Shown here: piece by piece, positions 42,170-57,165 of the stretch
Layout of the letters: each line of letters begins with the position of its first letter
Numbering within the stretch: position 1 is the first letter of the stretch
From: Camelus dromedarius
Taxonomy: Eukaryota
Length of the DNA stretch: 64,000 nt
Direction: 5' to 3'
NCBI RefSeq assembly: GCF_036321535.1
Contig: NC_087436.1
Span: forward strand, 25,112,001-25,176,000
Notes under the pieces: model-generated
Databases searched by the model: none
What the model was told of the DNA's origin: nothing
Seen by the model: only the letters and a program-made list of their open reading frames with translations
Made by a program: the position numbers and the translations under genes

Positions 42170-43790
42170 AATTAAATTGTATTGATTAAATAATTCAAAC
42201 CTACAGAAAAATTAGAAAATAATACAGTAACCTCAGGGTGTACAGTTTGGACTTAGATGCTATTGTGCCATGTTTCCTGGGGCTTAACGTCTTATTTTTA
42301 TTTGAAGGAAAGAAAACATTAAAGATCCCAGCAAAGCCTCACTCCTGTTACCCTTTCCCCTCTTGCCTCCTCAAGGGTAACCTCTCTTCTGGAGTTATTT
42401 ATATCCCCATGTGTGTTTTTGTTCTTTTACTGCATATGGAATGGATTCATAAACACTATGTAAAATTTACTGTGTACTTTTAAACTTTACATAAATGGTA
42501 TCATACTGTGTGCATCCTGCTGCAACTTGCTTTTTTTCATTTAAGCTTATGTTTTTGAAATGGTAATACATGCAAATTTAGTTCATCCATTTTACCAGTT
42601 GTATCACATTTTATAGGAATAAACCACAGTTTATCCATTCCCCTATTATGAATGGTTAGAACATCTCCACGTTTTTGTTACTATAAACATTATTGCAATG
42701 AGAGGTCGTGCTTGTTTCCTTTGAGCACTTGTATGGGAATTTTTCAAGGTAGATTTCTGGGAGTGAAATTCTTAACTCATAAGGCAAATGCAACTAACTT
42801 TTCTGGAAATTTCTAAATTGCTCTCTAGAGTTGTATACATTAATATCTCAGATCATTATTTAGGTTTCTTTTTCTCCATACCTTCACCAAAGTGTGGATA
42901 TTATCCATTTTAAATATTTGTCAACCTGAAAGGAGTGAAATGTTCATTTTTCTTTCATTTTCCTGTGTGAACTATCTGGTTAAGACTTGTTACTATGAGA
43001 CCAGGAGGTACAATTACTTCTTTTTATTTCCTTTAGGATCTCAAGCATTACATTCATTATATACCTCGGTTCAAGATCAAAAGTCATTATTAGTTCATGC
43101 GTGGCCATGTTTTTATTCACCTATTTGTTTATAAATAATGTCATGGACACCCATGAACTCTCAAACCCCCTCCCTTTACATCCCATAACCCATCATTTCC
43201 TTGCTTTTAGGAATTTAGTGGGTGTGTTTGCTTTTGTTTGTTTTTAAACTTTATGAAAAGAGTATCATTTTGAATGGCTTTTGAGGTTTTATTTTACTTA
43301 AAATAAAGTAAGATTCATCTGTGTTATTGCATGCAGTGTCATTTTCACACTCCATTGTGTGAATAAAACACAATTTAACGGTTCCTCAGTTGAAGGGAAT
43401 TTGGGTTGTTTGTAATTTTTTGGTTTCTGGGAGTTCTTGTGGACCTCATACAGTGCACATGTGTAAGCTTTTCTTTTAGTTAAATTGCTGTGAGGAAAAT
43501 TGGTGGGTTGTAGGGTAAGCAAATTTCCAACTGTACTAATCTTTGGACGTTTTGGTTAGGTTCACCTGTAAAACCATCTGTGTTACTCTGTTAAGATGTT
43601 ATAACTCTTCAATTTCTTTAATAGTTATATTGCCTTTCAGATGTTCTATGTCTTCACAGGTTAGTTTTGCTAGGTTAAGGCTTTCTATTAAGAATTTTTT
43701 CCATTTCACCTAGGTTTTTCAATTAAATTTGAATAAAATTGCTGATCATACTCAGTTATTATCTACTTAATTTCAACTCCATCATTAGTA
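42170..43790 (-). mobile_element. Ancient L1 fragments
   Basis: actttacataaatggtatcatactgtgtgcatcc...gcaacttgcttttttt and similar L1MC/ME 3' motifs. Confidence 0.6.
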
Positions 43791-43807
43791 TTATGTCTTC
43801 TTTGTTA

Positions 43808-44336
43808 TATTACCAGGTCCAGACTCATTCTGCTCAATGTATGACAGGCCAGTAAATTGGGAGATGAGGTGTTGGGGTAAGGAATAAGGACTTTATTCAG
43901 AAAGCCAGCAGACTGAGTTGGGGGACTAATGTCCTGGAGAACCATCTTCCCCAACCAAGTAAGAATTCAGGCTCCTTTTATACTAAAAAAACAGAAGGTG
44001 GGGTTGTGGTTAGTTGTTGCAAACTTCTTGGTTTTGGAATCCTTTGTTCTTGCAGCTGTCCGTGTAGGTCACATGATGATGTTCCTGTAAACCTCCAACA
44101 AGGCATATGTTACTCTCTATTCTGCAACTTTTTAATCTCTGTATGAATAGAAAAGTGTTATTTACCTTGAAAGGTCAGAGCCTTGAATATGGGCTATCCT
44201 CTGTATTTCAGGCTATAGGCAACATTATTTTACCAAAGGTACAGGACCGGCATGACTAAGCACAGGAAACAGAGCACAGGGTTAGAGCTGAAGGAACAGA
44301 TCTAACATGGAGTCAGATTTGTTCTTCCATATTACA
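43808..44336 (-). mobile_element. ERV1-type solo LTR (copy 2)
   Basis: Colinear with 2811-3306; perfect 4-bp TSD GTTA (43804-43807 and 44337-44340); AATAAA on the minus strand. Confidence 0.88.
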
Positions 44337-44483
44337 GTTATTCATAGTATTACTTGTTCATCCATGTCTCTTTTTGTCCATCTATATTACCAGAGGCTTG
44401 CTTTTATTTTGTCACCTTTCAAAGATCCAACTTAGTGTTGATCAACTTCTCTATTTCATCTTCATCTTCTATTTCATTATTTG

Positions 44484-44727
44484 TTTTAATTGAAGTATAG
44501 TTGATTCACAATGTCATGTTAGTTTCTGGTGTACAGCATAGTGATTCAATTATACATATACATATACATATATATTTACTCTATCCTTTTTAAAATTCTT
44601 TCTCATTATAGGTTGTTACAAGGCATTGAATATAGGTCCCTGTGCTATACAGTAGCTTCTTGTTGATCTGTTTTATATGTAGTAGTTTGTATCTGCTAGT
44701 CCCAAATTCCTAATTTATCCCTCCCCT
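44484..44727 (-). mobile_element. Cetartiodactyl-type L1 3' end
   Basis: attgaagtatagttgattcacaatg...ggtgtacagcatagtgattc...ccctgtgctatacagtag. Confidence 0.85.
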
Positions 44728-46189
44728 CATTGTTTTAATTATTTTTCTTTACTTTCTTTGGGATTATTGTTTGTTTCTGATATCTTATGTTGGACATTTA
44801 CTCTTTTATTTTCAGTCTTTCTTCTCTTCTAATGTGAGCAGTTAAGGCTGTGCTTTCCCCTCTTGGTAAGGTCTTAACTACTCTTCATAAATTTAGGTAT
44901 AGTGTTTTCATTTTCATTCATCTTCTAAGGATTTTTAAATTTCTTACCACTTATCTTTTGACTAATAATATTTTCATGGGGATTCTAATTTTATTATTTC
45001 CAGGTTCTAGCTTAATTGTGTTATAGTCAAAGAACATAATCTGTATGATGTCTTTTCTCTGAAAAGCTGTAAGATTTGTATTACAGCCTAGTGTGTGGTC
45101 AATTGTGGAAACTGTTCCATGTATATTTAAGAAGTATGTGTTATTTCTTCTGATTCTGGGTTGGATGAGACTATGTTGACCTCTGGGAGGCTGATGAGGC
45201 TGGGTGAGAAGATTTGTTCATGTAGGGTAAGTTGTAATCAAATTGTAGATTGTACACTTCTGAGACTGATGAGATAAAGCTGGCCCAGATGAGGTGGTCC
45301 TGGCAGTTATTCAGATTAGTTGACGCATAGAATTACTCCAGGATTATGATGTCAGGCTAGATCTGGAAAGTAGATGTCATGCTTATGGAAAGCCAGGGGG
45401 ACCTCATTCATCTCATTCAGATGTTATGGTCTGCAACTGGTAAACTTGAACCTCAGACTGTGCTGAAGAATGTAGCTGAGATCTCCAGGGTATATTTTGA
45501 GTGTTCTTGCTTCCTTCTCTGTGCTTTAGGCACATAAACCTCATTTGATTTTCCTAAGTGGCCCTAGTCTTCCAGTCAAATTTATTCCTGCCATTTGTCA
45601 GTAAAGTGATTGTGTATCTAATGAGGTACACATTTTTATGTTTTCTGCCAGATGGGTTTTCTTTTCTGGAATAGTTTGATTAAATCCTTTCTTACTTGTT
45701 TATCTTTGTAATCCTTTCTTATTGTTTATCTTTCCTTATAGATTTGCATATATATTTGTATATTCTCAACTTTGTCTTTTAATGGAAATATAAATACTGT
45801 CTTTCAGATATTGCCTATTTCTATGTTTAAGGTGATTTTTAATATACAGAAAAATTTCAACTTAATATGATAAATTTATAAATACTTAAAATGGATTTTT
45901 TTCTGTATTTTTATAATTCTGTATATGTTATCCAGGGAATACTGTGTGCTAAATACTAGGTCCTGGGGAGAGAGGAGTGAAGACAATAGATAAAATCTCT
46001 ACTCCCATCTCAGCAGTGATGAAAAACAAATTGCTATGATGAAAAATAAAACAGGATAATTACAAAGAATGTCAAGCATTAAGTATGAGGGCTAGTATTT
46101 TATAGCTGGTAGTCAAAGAAGGTTTTTATGATTAGGTGAAATTAGAGCAGAGGATTTACTAGATGAGGAAGGAAGCTATGTAGATATCT

Positions 46190-49100
46190 CTTGTTTAAGA
46201 AATCTTATTTTCTGATGGTATAAAATTTACTCCTATACATCCTTATAAAATATTTTTTAAAATTTGCTTTCATTATTTAGGTCTTTATCTGTCTGAAATA
46301 TTTTTGTGTGTGTCTATGGTATGAGATAGGGGTCTAATTCCAACTTTTTCTCAATGGCTAGCTATTGCTACACCATATGTTAAACAGACCACTCTGTCTC
46401 CACTGTTCTGTAATGCTACCTGTCATATACCAATAGCTGTATATATTATTAAGTCTTTTTATAAGCTCTCTCTTATATTCCATTGGTCTGTTTATTTGTT
46501 TCTATACCAATATCACACTTATTTAATTACTACATTTTTATAAGAAGTCATGATTTCCAGTTGGATGAATCTTCTTCTTACTAGTGTTTTCCTAATTTGT
46601 CTTGAATACTTTTGGATTTTCACCATAACATTAATCTGAGGATGAGCTTGTCTAGTTTTATAGAATATTAAGCTTTGATTTTAGTTTGATGTATCAATTT
46701 TTTAGTGAAAGCTGCCATCTTTAAGATACTGAGTTTTATCATGCAAGAAAAGGTATGTATCTACATTATAAATCTTTTCGTAAGTCCTTCAATAAAGACT
46801 AAACTTTTCTCTAAACTTTCAATTTATTTTTAAATATTCTGCCACTTTTTCAATTATTAATGACAATTTTTTTAGAAAGAGTAACATGGCATTTCACATT
46901 TATTGATTGATTCTTTTCTAGATGTCAGGAAGTATTCTATGTATTTTCACATTATCAGTTTACTTATCCTTTGCCACAGGCTCAACATTTAGCAAATCAG
47001 AATTAATAATAATTTTTAATGATACTTTTTAAAAGCTTATATTTTATAAGTGTTATATGTATTTAGAAATGTATTTTTTGGTATAATGATCTTATATCCA
47101 GCAACCCTACTGAACATTCTTACTATTTTTTAATACATTTTTGGTAGGTTCTTTTGAATCTTTTATGTAGATAATAATGTAATCTGTGAATAACAAAGAT
47201 TTTTTAAAAATAATTCTTATGCTTTAGATTTCTCTTCCTTCTGCTTTGTTTGTTAGAAATTCTAATAAAATGTTGAAAAGAATATATATTGTACATTTTA
47301 CTGTGTATACCTATATAAAAATAATATATAGAGAGAGTATATGAAATTTATAATTTTATCATCCATTAATTACATAATTCAAGATTACACTGAGTTTTCT
47401 ATTGTGAAAATAACTTTATATTACTGAGATAGCCTGGTGATCATTGTGAATTATTAAATGCATTAAGAGTATATTAAATACATTGGGACTATAATTATTA
47501 AGAGTTAGGAGTTTTTTCTCTTTCACTACTTTGGTTAACGGTTTGCTTAAGATGGGAATTTTGTGTTCTTTGAATGTTTATGGATCTTTCCTATAAAACT
47601 ACCTATATGCTTTTTGTCCATTTGTTATAAATTATTTTTAAACTGCTGATTAATTTCTAACTATTCAAGAATTTAAAATTTCTGTTTACCCTTGAATCAT
47701 TTTGGTAATAAAAGATTTTTTTAGAAAATTGTTTATTTAATCCAATTTTTCAAATAAATTGTCTTGAATTTATATTTCTTTATCAAAGAGTTTCTAAACC
47801 TGTATATTGTTGGTAGATATGACCCCTATTTTTCTTTTACAAAGATTTACATCTACCTTGTCTCTTTTTACCTCCATCCATCTTGTCAACAGTATGTTTA
47901 GTTTGTTAGCTTTTCATAGGACCATATGCTGCTTTTGTTGTTTCTTATTATATGTGTCTCAGTTTCTATTATTACCTTGTTATCCTCTTTTTCTCTACAT
48001 TTTTTGGAACTTTCTCCATTGTTCTTTGTTACAGTTTTTGTGGTGGTTGTTGTTAAAATAGGTACTCATTCACAGTAGTTAAATAGAATATAGCATTTTA
48101 AAAAGTATGTACTAAAAAGTTCTCTTCTGCTTTGATGCCTGCTTAGTTTCCATGCAGAGATTTTATGCAGTCATATTTATAAACACTCACACAATTATTA
48201 ACCCTTATGTATTTTATATTTTATATATCGTATCATATGTAATGTTTTAGAAATCTATCTACCTTAACATTAAAATATTTGAAGTTTTTTTTTTAAAAAA
48301 AAGATAGCTGCTTCGTATTATAGTGCATATTTAGATAACTATTTAACCATTTCAGTTTTGATGGGCATTGATGTTGTTTTGAAGGTTTTCCTATTACAGA
48401 CTATGATGCAATGTTAAGATTTTACTACATTTGACTTATTTCTATTTACACATATTTTTACTGAACCATTTGGAGATAAATTGCATACATCATGACATAT
48501 GTATTTCACACCTATTTCTGAAAAATGATATTTTCCTATGCAATCACAATTTATAATTATACCTAAGAAAATTAACAGAAGTTTCATATGTCATCTAAAA
48601 AACAATTTATATTCAAATTTCCTCAATACTCCCTAATTTATCTTTTATATTTTCTTTTAAAAATCTAAAGTCCAATCAAGTTTCATAAACTGCATTATGT
48701 CTTTTAGATTCTTCTCACTTAGAATAGTCCTCATCCTCCCTTGTTTTTATTATGTTAAATTTTTTTTTTTAATTTAGTTGTTACATAGATTTTCTCCTAT
48801 TAGGAATTTTTCTGATTATTTCCTCATCACTAGATTTAGGTTAAACATTTTGAGCAAGAATTCTACATAGATGATACTCAGTTATCAATATTGATTCCAT
48901 CAATAGGCATTATTGAGTATGTTTACTTTGATCACTTAATTAAGGTAGTGAAAATCAGATTTCCATGTTGTAAAGGTATGTTTTCCTCTTTAAATGGAGA
49001 GGTAATTCAAGATTATGTGAATATTCTCTTTTTTAACTTAACAAAGTTTAAACCCAGTGGTTTTGATACTCAATGATCTTGTCTGAATCAGTTGTTGCAT

Positions 49101-51500
49101 TGAATTGCAAAATTATTTTCTAATTCTTTCCCTCCTTTTACATATATATTAGCTATGGTTTTTAAAAGAATTTGCCTTTTTTTCATTTCCTTCTCTCTCT
49201 CCTAAGTGAACTGTGCTCACCATTTAAAAGTATGTTATCTGTTGTAATTATCTTTTCTCATGCTCAAATTATTCTAAATTTGGACAATAGAAGCTACTTC
49301 AAGAAAGTGTCTCTTTTGACCAGCTCTTTTTATTTTTGAGCATATCTTTAATTTATGGAATTTTATTTCTCTAAATATCACTAGTTCGAGTATCTTTTCA
49401 TATTTATAAAAGCCATTAGCATTTCCTTTTCTGTGGAGAATTTATTAATATCCTTTGTTCTTTCCTGTTGGATTGTCTTTTTTTCTTACTTACTTGTCTA
49501 AAACTGTTAAATTTAAAAAGACTAGATCTTTGGTTGTGATATTAAATATATAATTCCCATTTTATTTTTAAGTTTATTTATTTATTTTTTGCTACATGGA
49601 TTTTAAAATTTGTAGTCTCTTAATATAATTATGTTTTATGACTTCTGGAGATTGTGCCAGGTAGATAAACTTTCTGGACTCTTATATTTTAAAGGAATTC
49701 TACCAAGTTTTGTTATAGGACTTCTATAATTTCATTTTTATATTTAGATCTTTGATCTATTAGGATTTTGTTCCTATAGTACAGTGTGTAGAACTGATTC
49801 AACTTATGTTTTTATAAATGGTTATCCAGCTTTCCACATATTATTATTGAATAGTCCATATTTTCCTCAGCAGTTTGAGATGACACTTTTATCATCTAAT
49901 AAAGTCCTTAATGTATTTGGGTCAGTTTCTGGGCTTTGTATTCTCTTATATTACTCTGTTTTTAATGTACTGATGCCACATAATTTTAACTACTGAAGAA
50001 TTATAGTATATTTTGATAACCTGGTATCCCCTTGGTGCTCTTATTTTTCAGAATTAAAAAACCAATATTCTTGTATAACTGCAGAATCACTTTCCTACTT
50101 AAAAACAAACTCTTGGCATTTTCATTTGGATCATGTTCTATTTACAAATTAACTTTAAAAATTGACAGCTTAATGCTATTAGTCTTCCTATCTAAGAATA
50201 TAACATACCTTTCCATTTGGTTAAGCTGATTTTTTAAAATATAAGTTTTACAAATTTTTTGTTCATTCTTTGATTTTAAATTTATTAGTTATTATAAATA
50301 GCATAACTGATTTTATTATTTAACATGTTTGTATATATACCACTGATTTTCTATGTTTATTTGTTTTTATTAATCACCTCACAAATTATTTGATTTATAA
50401 TAGGAATTTTTTATAGTTATTGAGTGTTTTGTTTTTTCCAGTCAACTGATCATAAAATAGTGTGAATTTTTGCCTCCTCTTTTTCATTTTTAAATAGTTA
50501 AGTTCTTTTTCTTGTCTAGTTGCAGTGGCTAGTATCTCATACATAATGTTAAATAATAGTGACAGTAAATTTCTTTGTCTTATTCTTGACATTAAAAACT
50601 TTATGGTAAAGTTCTAGACTGATCCTGCAGGAAGAACTCTTGAGGGTAAATTATACCTTAGCGTTTTTCTCAACTCAAGGCAAGGCCATTGAACTTTTAT
50701 ATAATCAGATCAGTGGGTCATTGGTTGGCATCTCTTAAAGGACTTCACATTCTGTGGACCTATGGGAAGTGTGTGACTCCATTAGTCCAAGGACAGCCTT
50801 CCAAGGGAGAATTACAGGTATGCCTTTATAAAGCAAAATTACAAGCCAGGAAATGAATACACAGAAACAGTAATAGTGATATGAGGAAACTTGAATATCA
50901 ATAATTGGCTACAATTGATAAAATTTTTCTTACTGATTCAACAAATAGTAGAATAAGAGTGTTGATATTTCCAACAATTGTGTATCACATTTTCCTTATA
51001 ATTCATAATATTTGCTTCATGTATTTTATGTCTATATTTCGGGTGTACAAAGATGTTTTGTCTGCACAATCACTCTTCATTCATAATAATTTTTTGTCTT
51101 ATTTTAACTTCATGTGCTCTTTGTTAATAGAACCTAATTGAATGTTAATTTTTTTTATAATTCTAAATTTTTGTCTAACTGGTGCTTTTAATTCATTTAA
51201 ATTTATTGATATTTTTCATATATTTGGGTATATTTTTATAATTTGATTTTCTGCATTTTTGCTTAACTTCCCCTAACTTTGCCCTTTTCCCCTCTTTCCT
51301 GATTGTAGTTTGGAGTAATTGAGGTTTTTCTATTTTCTTTTCCCTTTCTTATGATTTGGGAGTCATAGATTGTTTCTTTTTTTTTCCTTTTCTCTTTATT
51401 TTTCTTTCTTTCCTCATTTGTTCCTAACTTCCTTTCTTCTCTTTTTATAATTACTCTTAAATTATTCACATGAATACATGATTTTACATAATCTAAAGGC
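46190..51500 (-). mobile_element. Mosaic of ancient L1 fragments (ORF2 remnants) with interspersed elements
   Basis: Very T-rich. The ORF at 50395-50592 (SLLFNIMYEILATATRQEKE) is an L1 RT remnant. Sub-boundaries are unresolved. Confidence 0.55.
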
Positions 51501-52304
51501 CTTAGAAATCTTTTAACTGCTTGCTGTTTTTTATGTTATTATGTCTAAATTTAACTATACATTGTTAAATTTGTTTGTTTTATATTTATCAAAGATGAGA
51601 GCATAGTTTGAAAATTCAAGTTATTCTATAAGGCTTATAACATGAACAGGTATCCTTGTTTTTAAATATCCCTTTCTATCCTTCCCTTCTTTTTCTTACT
51701 CCCCAGACACAATACATTCCCCTCGAACCTGATTTTTCTCCTCTTCTTTGAGTCCATATCTTTTAATAGAATGCCTATCATGTTATTTTACAGTTATCAT
51801 TTTATATGTTATATATTAACTTTCTACTATAAGAGATGATTATTTGGATATTCCTCTTTCCCCTTAATCCACCCCATTTCACTTTCTCAATGGAGGTATA
51901 TAATAATAATAGTTATGTTTCTGGGAGTTAATAATTATTAGATATATATCCAGTACTTACTACTCTGTAACAGATAACAGGCTACGCATTTCGAGATGCA
52001 GAAATAAAATTCAATCCAAGATCTGGGAGCTCATAATCTCATGAAGGATAGAGAAAATTAATAAAACTAACTGAAATACAATGATGAATTGTGATAAAAG
52101 TTAGCGCAGGAGGTAAGAGGATGAAACATGTAGCTATTAAGCGAATAGAATTTCAGGTAGAGGGGATAGCAATTGCAAATGCCCTAAGGCTGGAGCATGT
52201 CTGTCTTATAGGAATAACGTTAAGCTCTAAATGTGCAAGAAGATTACTAGTAAAAGAGAAAATCAAAGAAGAAGTGGCATGGCAATTCTGCATGTTCTCT
52301 TAAG

Positions 52305-52720
52305 CCAGGGTCAGCAAACTTTCTACGAAGAGCCAGATGGTAAACATTTTCCACTTTTTGGGCCAATCAGTTACAACAACTCACTTTTCTTACAATGTGA
52401 AAGCAGCCAAAGACAGTATAAAAATAAGTGAGCATGTCTGTGCTTTAATAAAACATCATGTACAAAATCATCTGTCATAGCCATTGCAGTGACTTTGTAT
52501 GGCCTTATCCTGTTTGCAGTCAAGATATAACTAGACCAAAGGTAGGCAAACTACACAAGAGTGAAGAATAAGTTTTACATTTTTAAAGTGTTATAAAAAA
52601 AAACAAATACATGCACACACACATGAAGCACCTTGGGAATGGATTATGTGTGGCCTTAAACCTTAGAATATTTACTTTCTGGCCTTTTATAGAAAAAGTT
52701 TGCTAACTCCTACACTAGAC
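52305..52720. mobile_element. Two adjacent MER58-like hAT-Charlie elements
   Basis: cagggtcagcaaactttctacgaagagccagatggtaaac (52307) and atatttactttctggccttttatagaaaaagtttgctaactcct (~52670-52711). Confidence 0.7.
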
Positions 52721-53789
52721 TCAAAAGAATGAGTTGGATAGTTTTTCTTCTTTTTTCATTCTAATAAATAACTTCTCTAAGAAAAACATCATTTCATTAA
52801 AAATTGGTAGGCCTTATCTATAAAACAAATAAAGCTTACTTTTGCTTTGTTTTGTTTTTTTGAGCCAAGAGTATCCTTGATTACTACCTTAAATGGTTAT
52901 TCAAATTTTTTCGGTTTTTCTATTTGCTGATTTTTTTCTATTCTAATACAGTTTCAGTATCTATTTGTTTTCCAGAAAGATGTCCACTTACTGTAGGTTT
53001 TCATATTACTGGCACATAGTTGTTCATTATATTTCTTTATTATTTAAAAACTTGCTCCAACTCACTAAGGTATTTTCTCTGTTTTGTTTAGTTAATTTTC
53101 TGACTGTTTGTTGTTCATTTTTGTCTTGTTTTATATATGTTAGTTATCTTTGCAAATAATTAGAATTTGCTGTTAGAAATATTTTCTCTTTTTACTCTGA
53201 CTTTCCTTACTCCTGATTTTTTTTCTTTGAACATAGTCTTTTTACCCCAAATTTTGTGTTGATTATTTAGCTTATTTGCTCTACATATTTCTTATTTTCT
53301 GATTAATGTAACTTATAGCGTATAATTTTCCTTTAATTTTTTTTTTACTGAGTCTTATAAATTCGAAGATATAATTTTTAAATTATTATTCAATTTTATT
53401 TCGTGTATTTTGTGAATATTTTTCTCACATTTCTTTGATCTAAATACAAACTGATAGGATGTTTTTTAGTTTCCAGACATAAAAGATTTATTTTTTGGTT
53501 TTATAATTTCATTATTAATTTCTAACTTGATTACTGCTTTATGGTAAGAGTGTTTCATTAGCATGTTAATTTTGAAACTTATTAGGGTTTCCCTTGTATT
53601 TTAGACATGGCATTTTTGTTAATGCTTTATATATGCTTTAAAATCATCTATATTTTCTGTTTGGTGGATAGGAAGTTCTCAATAGAACTGTCCTAAATTT
53701 ATTAATCATACTCTTCAGATTTTCTATAGTGTTGCTTATTTGTCTGCTTCATCTGTTTTTGAGAGGATACCATACACTTTCAACTAAAA

Positions 53790-54860
53790 TGCTTATTTTT
53801 AAAAAATTGAACTTCCACCCGAATATAGAAAAGTACAAAAATATAAGTGTATAGTTCAGTGAATTATCACAAAGTGAAAAGATACAAGTAATTGTACCCA
53901 GGTTGTAAAATAGTACATTACCAGGACCCCAGAACTGCCTTTCTAACCCCTTCAATCACAAGTATCCATATACCTCAAAAATACTATCAGAGTTCTCACA
54001 CCATAGAGTTGTTTTTAAGCTTTATATAGATTGAATTATGCAGTATGTATTTTTTAAAATCTGCCTTCTGACATGTGAGAGTCATCTGTATTGTTGCACA
54101 TAGCCTATTGTTCATTCTATTTTATTGTCTTGTCATATTTCACAGAATAAATATAATGATGCATCTATCCATTCTACTGTTTATGTAAATTTGCGTTATT
54201 TTCAGTACTGGCTTTTATAAGTAAAGCTACTACAAATATTCTCAACTGTGTCTTAGTACATAAATGTCCTGTGTTTTTATAGGGCATATTTGTAGGAGTG
54301 GGATTTATTGGTCAAAGGGTATGTGTATATTTAATTTCAGTAGATACTACCAAACAACTTTGCATAATGGATGCAACAATTTAGACTACCAGCAGCAGAA
54401 TATAAGAGTTCTAGTTGCTTCACGTTTTTACTATTCCTGGTACTGACAGCCTTTCTCAAGTGAGCTACTGTGAAGGCAGGAATTAATATTCCCTTGTGGT
54501 TTTAGTTTTAATTGCCCTAATGACTAATACTGTTGAGCAGTTTTTCATCGATGTATTGGCCATTTTCTCAAGTGTCTTTTCAAATTTCTGGCCCATTTCA
54601 TTTTATGCTGGGTTATCTGTTTCTTTTCTATTGATTTACAGGTATTTATTATTTATTCTGGATATGAGATCTTTGCCAGGTGTAAATACCTTCTCCCATT
54701 TTATGATTCAGTTTTACAATCCCTTGACCATGTATTTTGGTAAACTGAATGGTTAATTTTAATGTATTCCAATGTATCTTTCTTTTGTGGTTAGTACTTT
54801 GTCCCTATTGAGAAATCCCTGCTTACACCAAATTGGGGAATATATTCAATGTTTTCTCCT
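53790..54860 (-). mobile_element. Ancient L1 3' portion
   Basis: aaatataagtgtatagttcagtgaattatcacaaagtg, atctatccattctactgtt and ttgccctaatgactaat motifs. Confidence 0.7.
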
Positions 54861-54862
54861 AG

Positions 54863-55150
54863 ATCAACATTGTTTATTAGGAACGTAATGTGAGCCACAA
54901 CTTTGAAACACATATATAAGTTATTTTTTAAGTAGCCACGTGAAAAATATAATGAAACTGGAGAAATTAATATGAATAACAATATTATTAAGGAGATATA
55001 TTTTGTTTTTTTGTTTTTAAATAAGATTTCAAATTCCAGTGGATATTTTACACTTACAGCACATCCCAGTTTGGACTGGCCACATTTCAAGTGCTGATAA
55101 CCACATGTGTCTAATGGCTGTCATATGTCATATGTCATATGAACCCAGTT
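54863..55150. mobile_element. MER33/MER3-like hAT-Charlie element
   Basis: ttttacacttacagcacatcccagtttggactggccacatttcaagtgct. Confidence 0.75.
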
Positions 55151-57165
55151 CAGAAGCTCTAATGACATGCCATTTACATTTAACTGTGCTATCCATGTGC
55201 AGTTGTGTTTGCGGGTAGAGGCGGGGGTGGTAGCATGAAGTAGCACACGTAGTAAGGACACTAGGTAGCTTATAGAATTAAAGGAAGACCTTGGGGAGCC
55301 AGAGCCAGTCTGGGTTCCTTAGGAACTAAAACAGGGCATGATGATGCTGGCACTTTCTATGTATCTCTCTTTGTATAGTCTTACTTCGTGAGGATTTTCT
55401 CAATATGGCTGGGAACATGACCCCCAGTTGTTCTGGGGTCACATCTTTACAACTTCCAACAGATGAAAAAAAGATAAATCTAATTCTGTTTAGAAATATC
55501 CCAGTTCAGGCCACATTCCTATGCCCTGCAGCTGGGGAGGTGATTAGTTTTGGCCAGGTCATTCATTATATGGCCATATTTATAATCATGAGACAGAAAT
55601 GATTACCAGAAAAGGGAAGCTACCACAATATAGCATATCTCTTTCTTTCATGAAATGCTTTTAAGGAGTAGGGGCTATTCCTTGTACACTTTTCCTCTCT
55701 TCAATATGTGTATTAATCGGGAGAATTGTGTGAATGAAGGACATGGAGGAAGAAGAGAAGTATAAGAATCTTTCTTTAGCTTCCTTTTTTTAGGAGTTTC
55801 AATAAGATTGAGGAAAACTACCTATTTTTATTTTTTGAAAGACATGCAGCTGGGAAAAAGTATTTATTTTAACTTAAAAAACACCCCAACTTGGTATACC
55901 CAAAGCAGATTATGTAGGGTTTAGGTAGATAATACAGAAAGGAAATGATGTAGTCTTAGTTATTTGGATGCTGGAACATTGATGTGGTGTAATTTTCTCA
56001 GGTGCTAACACAACAGAAAATGTTCTGAACTTCTCCGTGCTACTTTCTGGCTGTTTCTTGTATCATCCTGACCCCTCCCTCTCATCCTCACCTCTCATGC
56101 ACAAGTTTTTCTGCCTGTTGTTTTTGCTCAGATGTTTAGAAGCATACTTAATAGTGTTTGTAAACGTAGCTTCAGGGTAATGATAACATCCAAATCTCAC
56201 TGAATCCAAAACCACCTATAACCACAGCCAAAAGTGATATCCAGGATTTCTTTTCTTTTGGTATTTGTTTTATGGGCACTTGATTAAGAAAGCTAATAGA
56301 GTTGAAGAATGTTTGGTTTTCCTACTGTTTTAAAGTAACTATTTTAATCTTATCTTACATTTCTAATTTACTTTAAATTTATAATTATAATGAAATGATA
56401 GTTGATGCACGTTAGAAAAAAATCATATGTAACATGATCAACGTCCACAATTTTATTCTGAGTATCCCTTTTCAAGCCTTTGTTATATGCATACTTTTAT
56501 GCCATGGTAAACATTGCTTAATTTTGAAATTAGATTTTTTTGGTCATTTGATGGAACAAAATGTAAATGGAGAGTATATCTCTTAGTTTAGGAGATTATC
56601 TTGTGCTAATGAGAATCAGAAAATGGCTATTTTCTGGAGTCACTAATTTTTGAAGTAGTCACACTCAGATGGTGATTTTAAGTATTGGTTTATTTAGGTA
56701 GTAAGAAATAATTTTTGTCTTTAATGTTATGTAAGGCTCACAATTATATGCATGATAGCAGCTATACAGAATCATTCTATCTTTGTAAATATTAGATCTG
56801 ACTGTTGCTAGGAAACCCAAAGTAAAAAGAAATTCAAATAAGCAAGAAGCATTATGAAATCTAAATTTTGTTGTCATAAACAATGCAGCTTTGGGTAACT
56901 TTCTATGATCAAAACAATTTTGTAGAAATGGTTTTATACTTCAGTTAAAGATAAAAAGAAACTCTGCACAACGCAGTGATCATTTCCTGTTTCATTTTTC
57001 ATTTTCTTTTCGAGTGAAGCTCTTTTTTCCCTCACTAGGAGTTGCTTTAAATCTCTGGGAAGGTCTGTTCCGAATTTACTCCTTCTGGATTGGTTAAGAT
57101 CCCTTTTAAGTGTGTGCTTTGTTCTCTGAAAGCTTTGGCCAGTTGAGCAACTTGCTGCTAGTGTT

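Noticed and set aside
48404..48412. Perfect CARE motif TGATGCAAT
   Set aside because: An isolated 9-mer inside ancient L1 debris, compatible with chance.
55119..55141. (TGTCATA)3 tandem repeat
   Set aside because: Simple slippage at the end of a MER33-like element.
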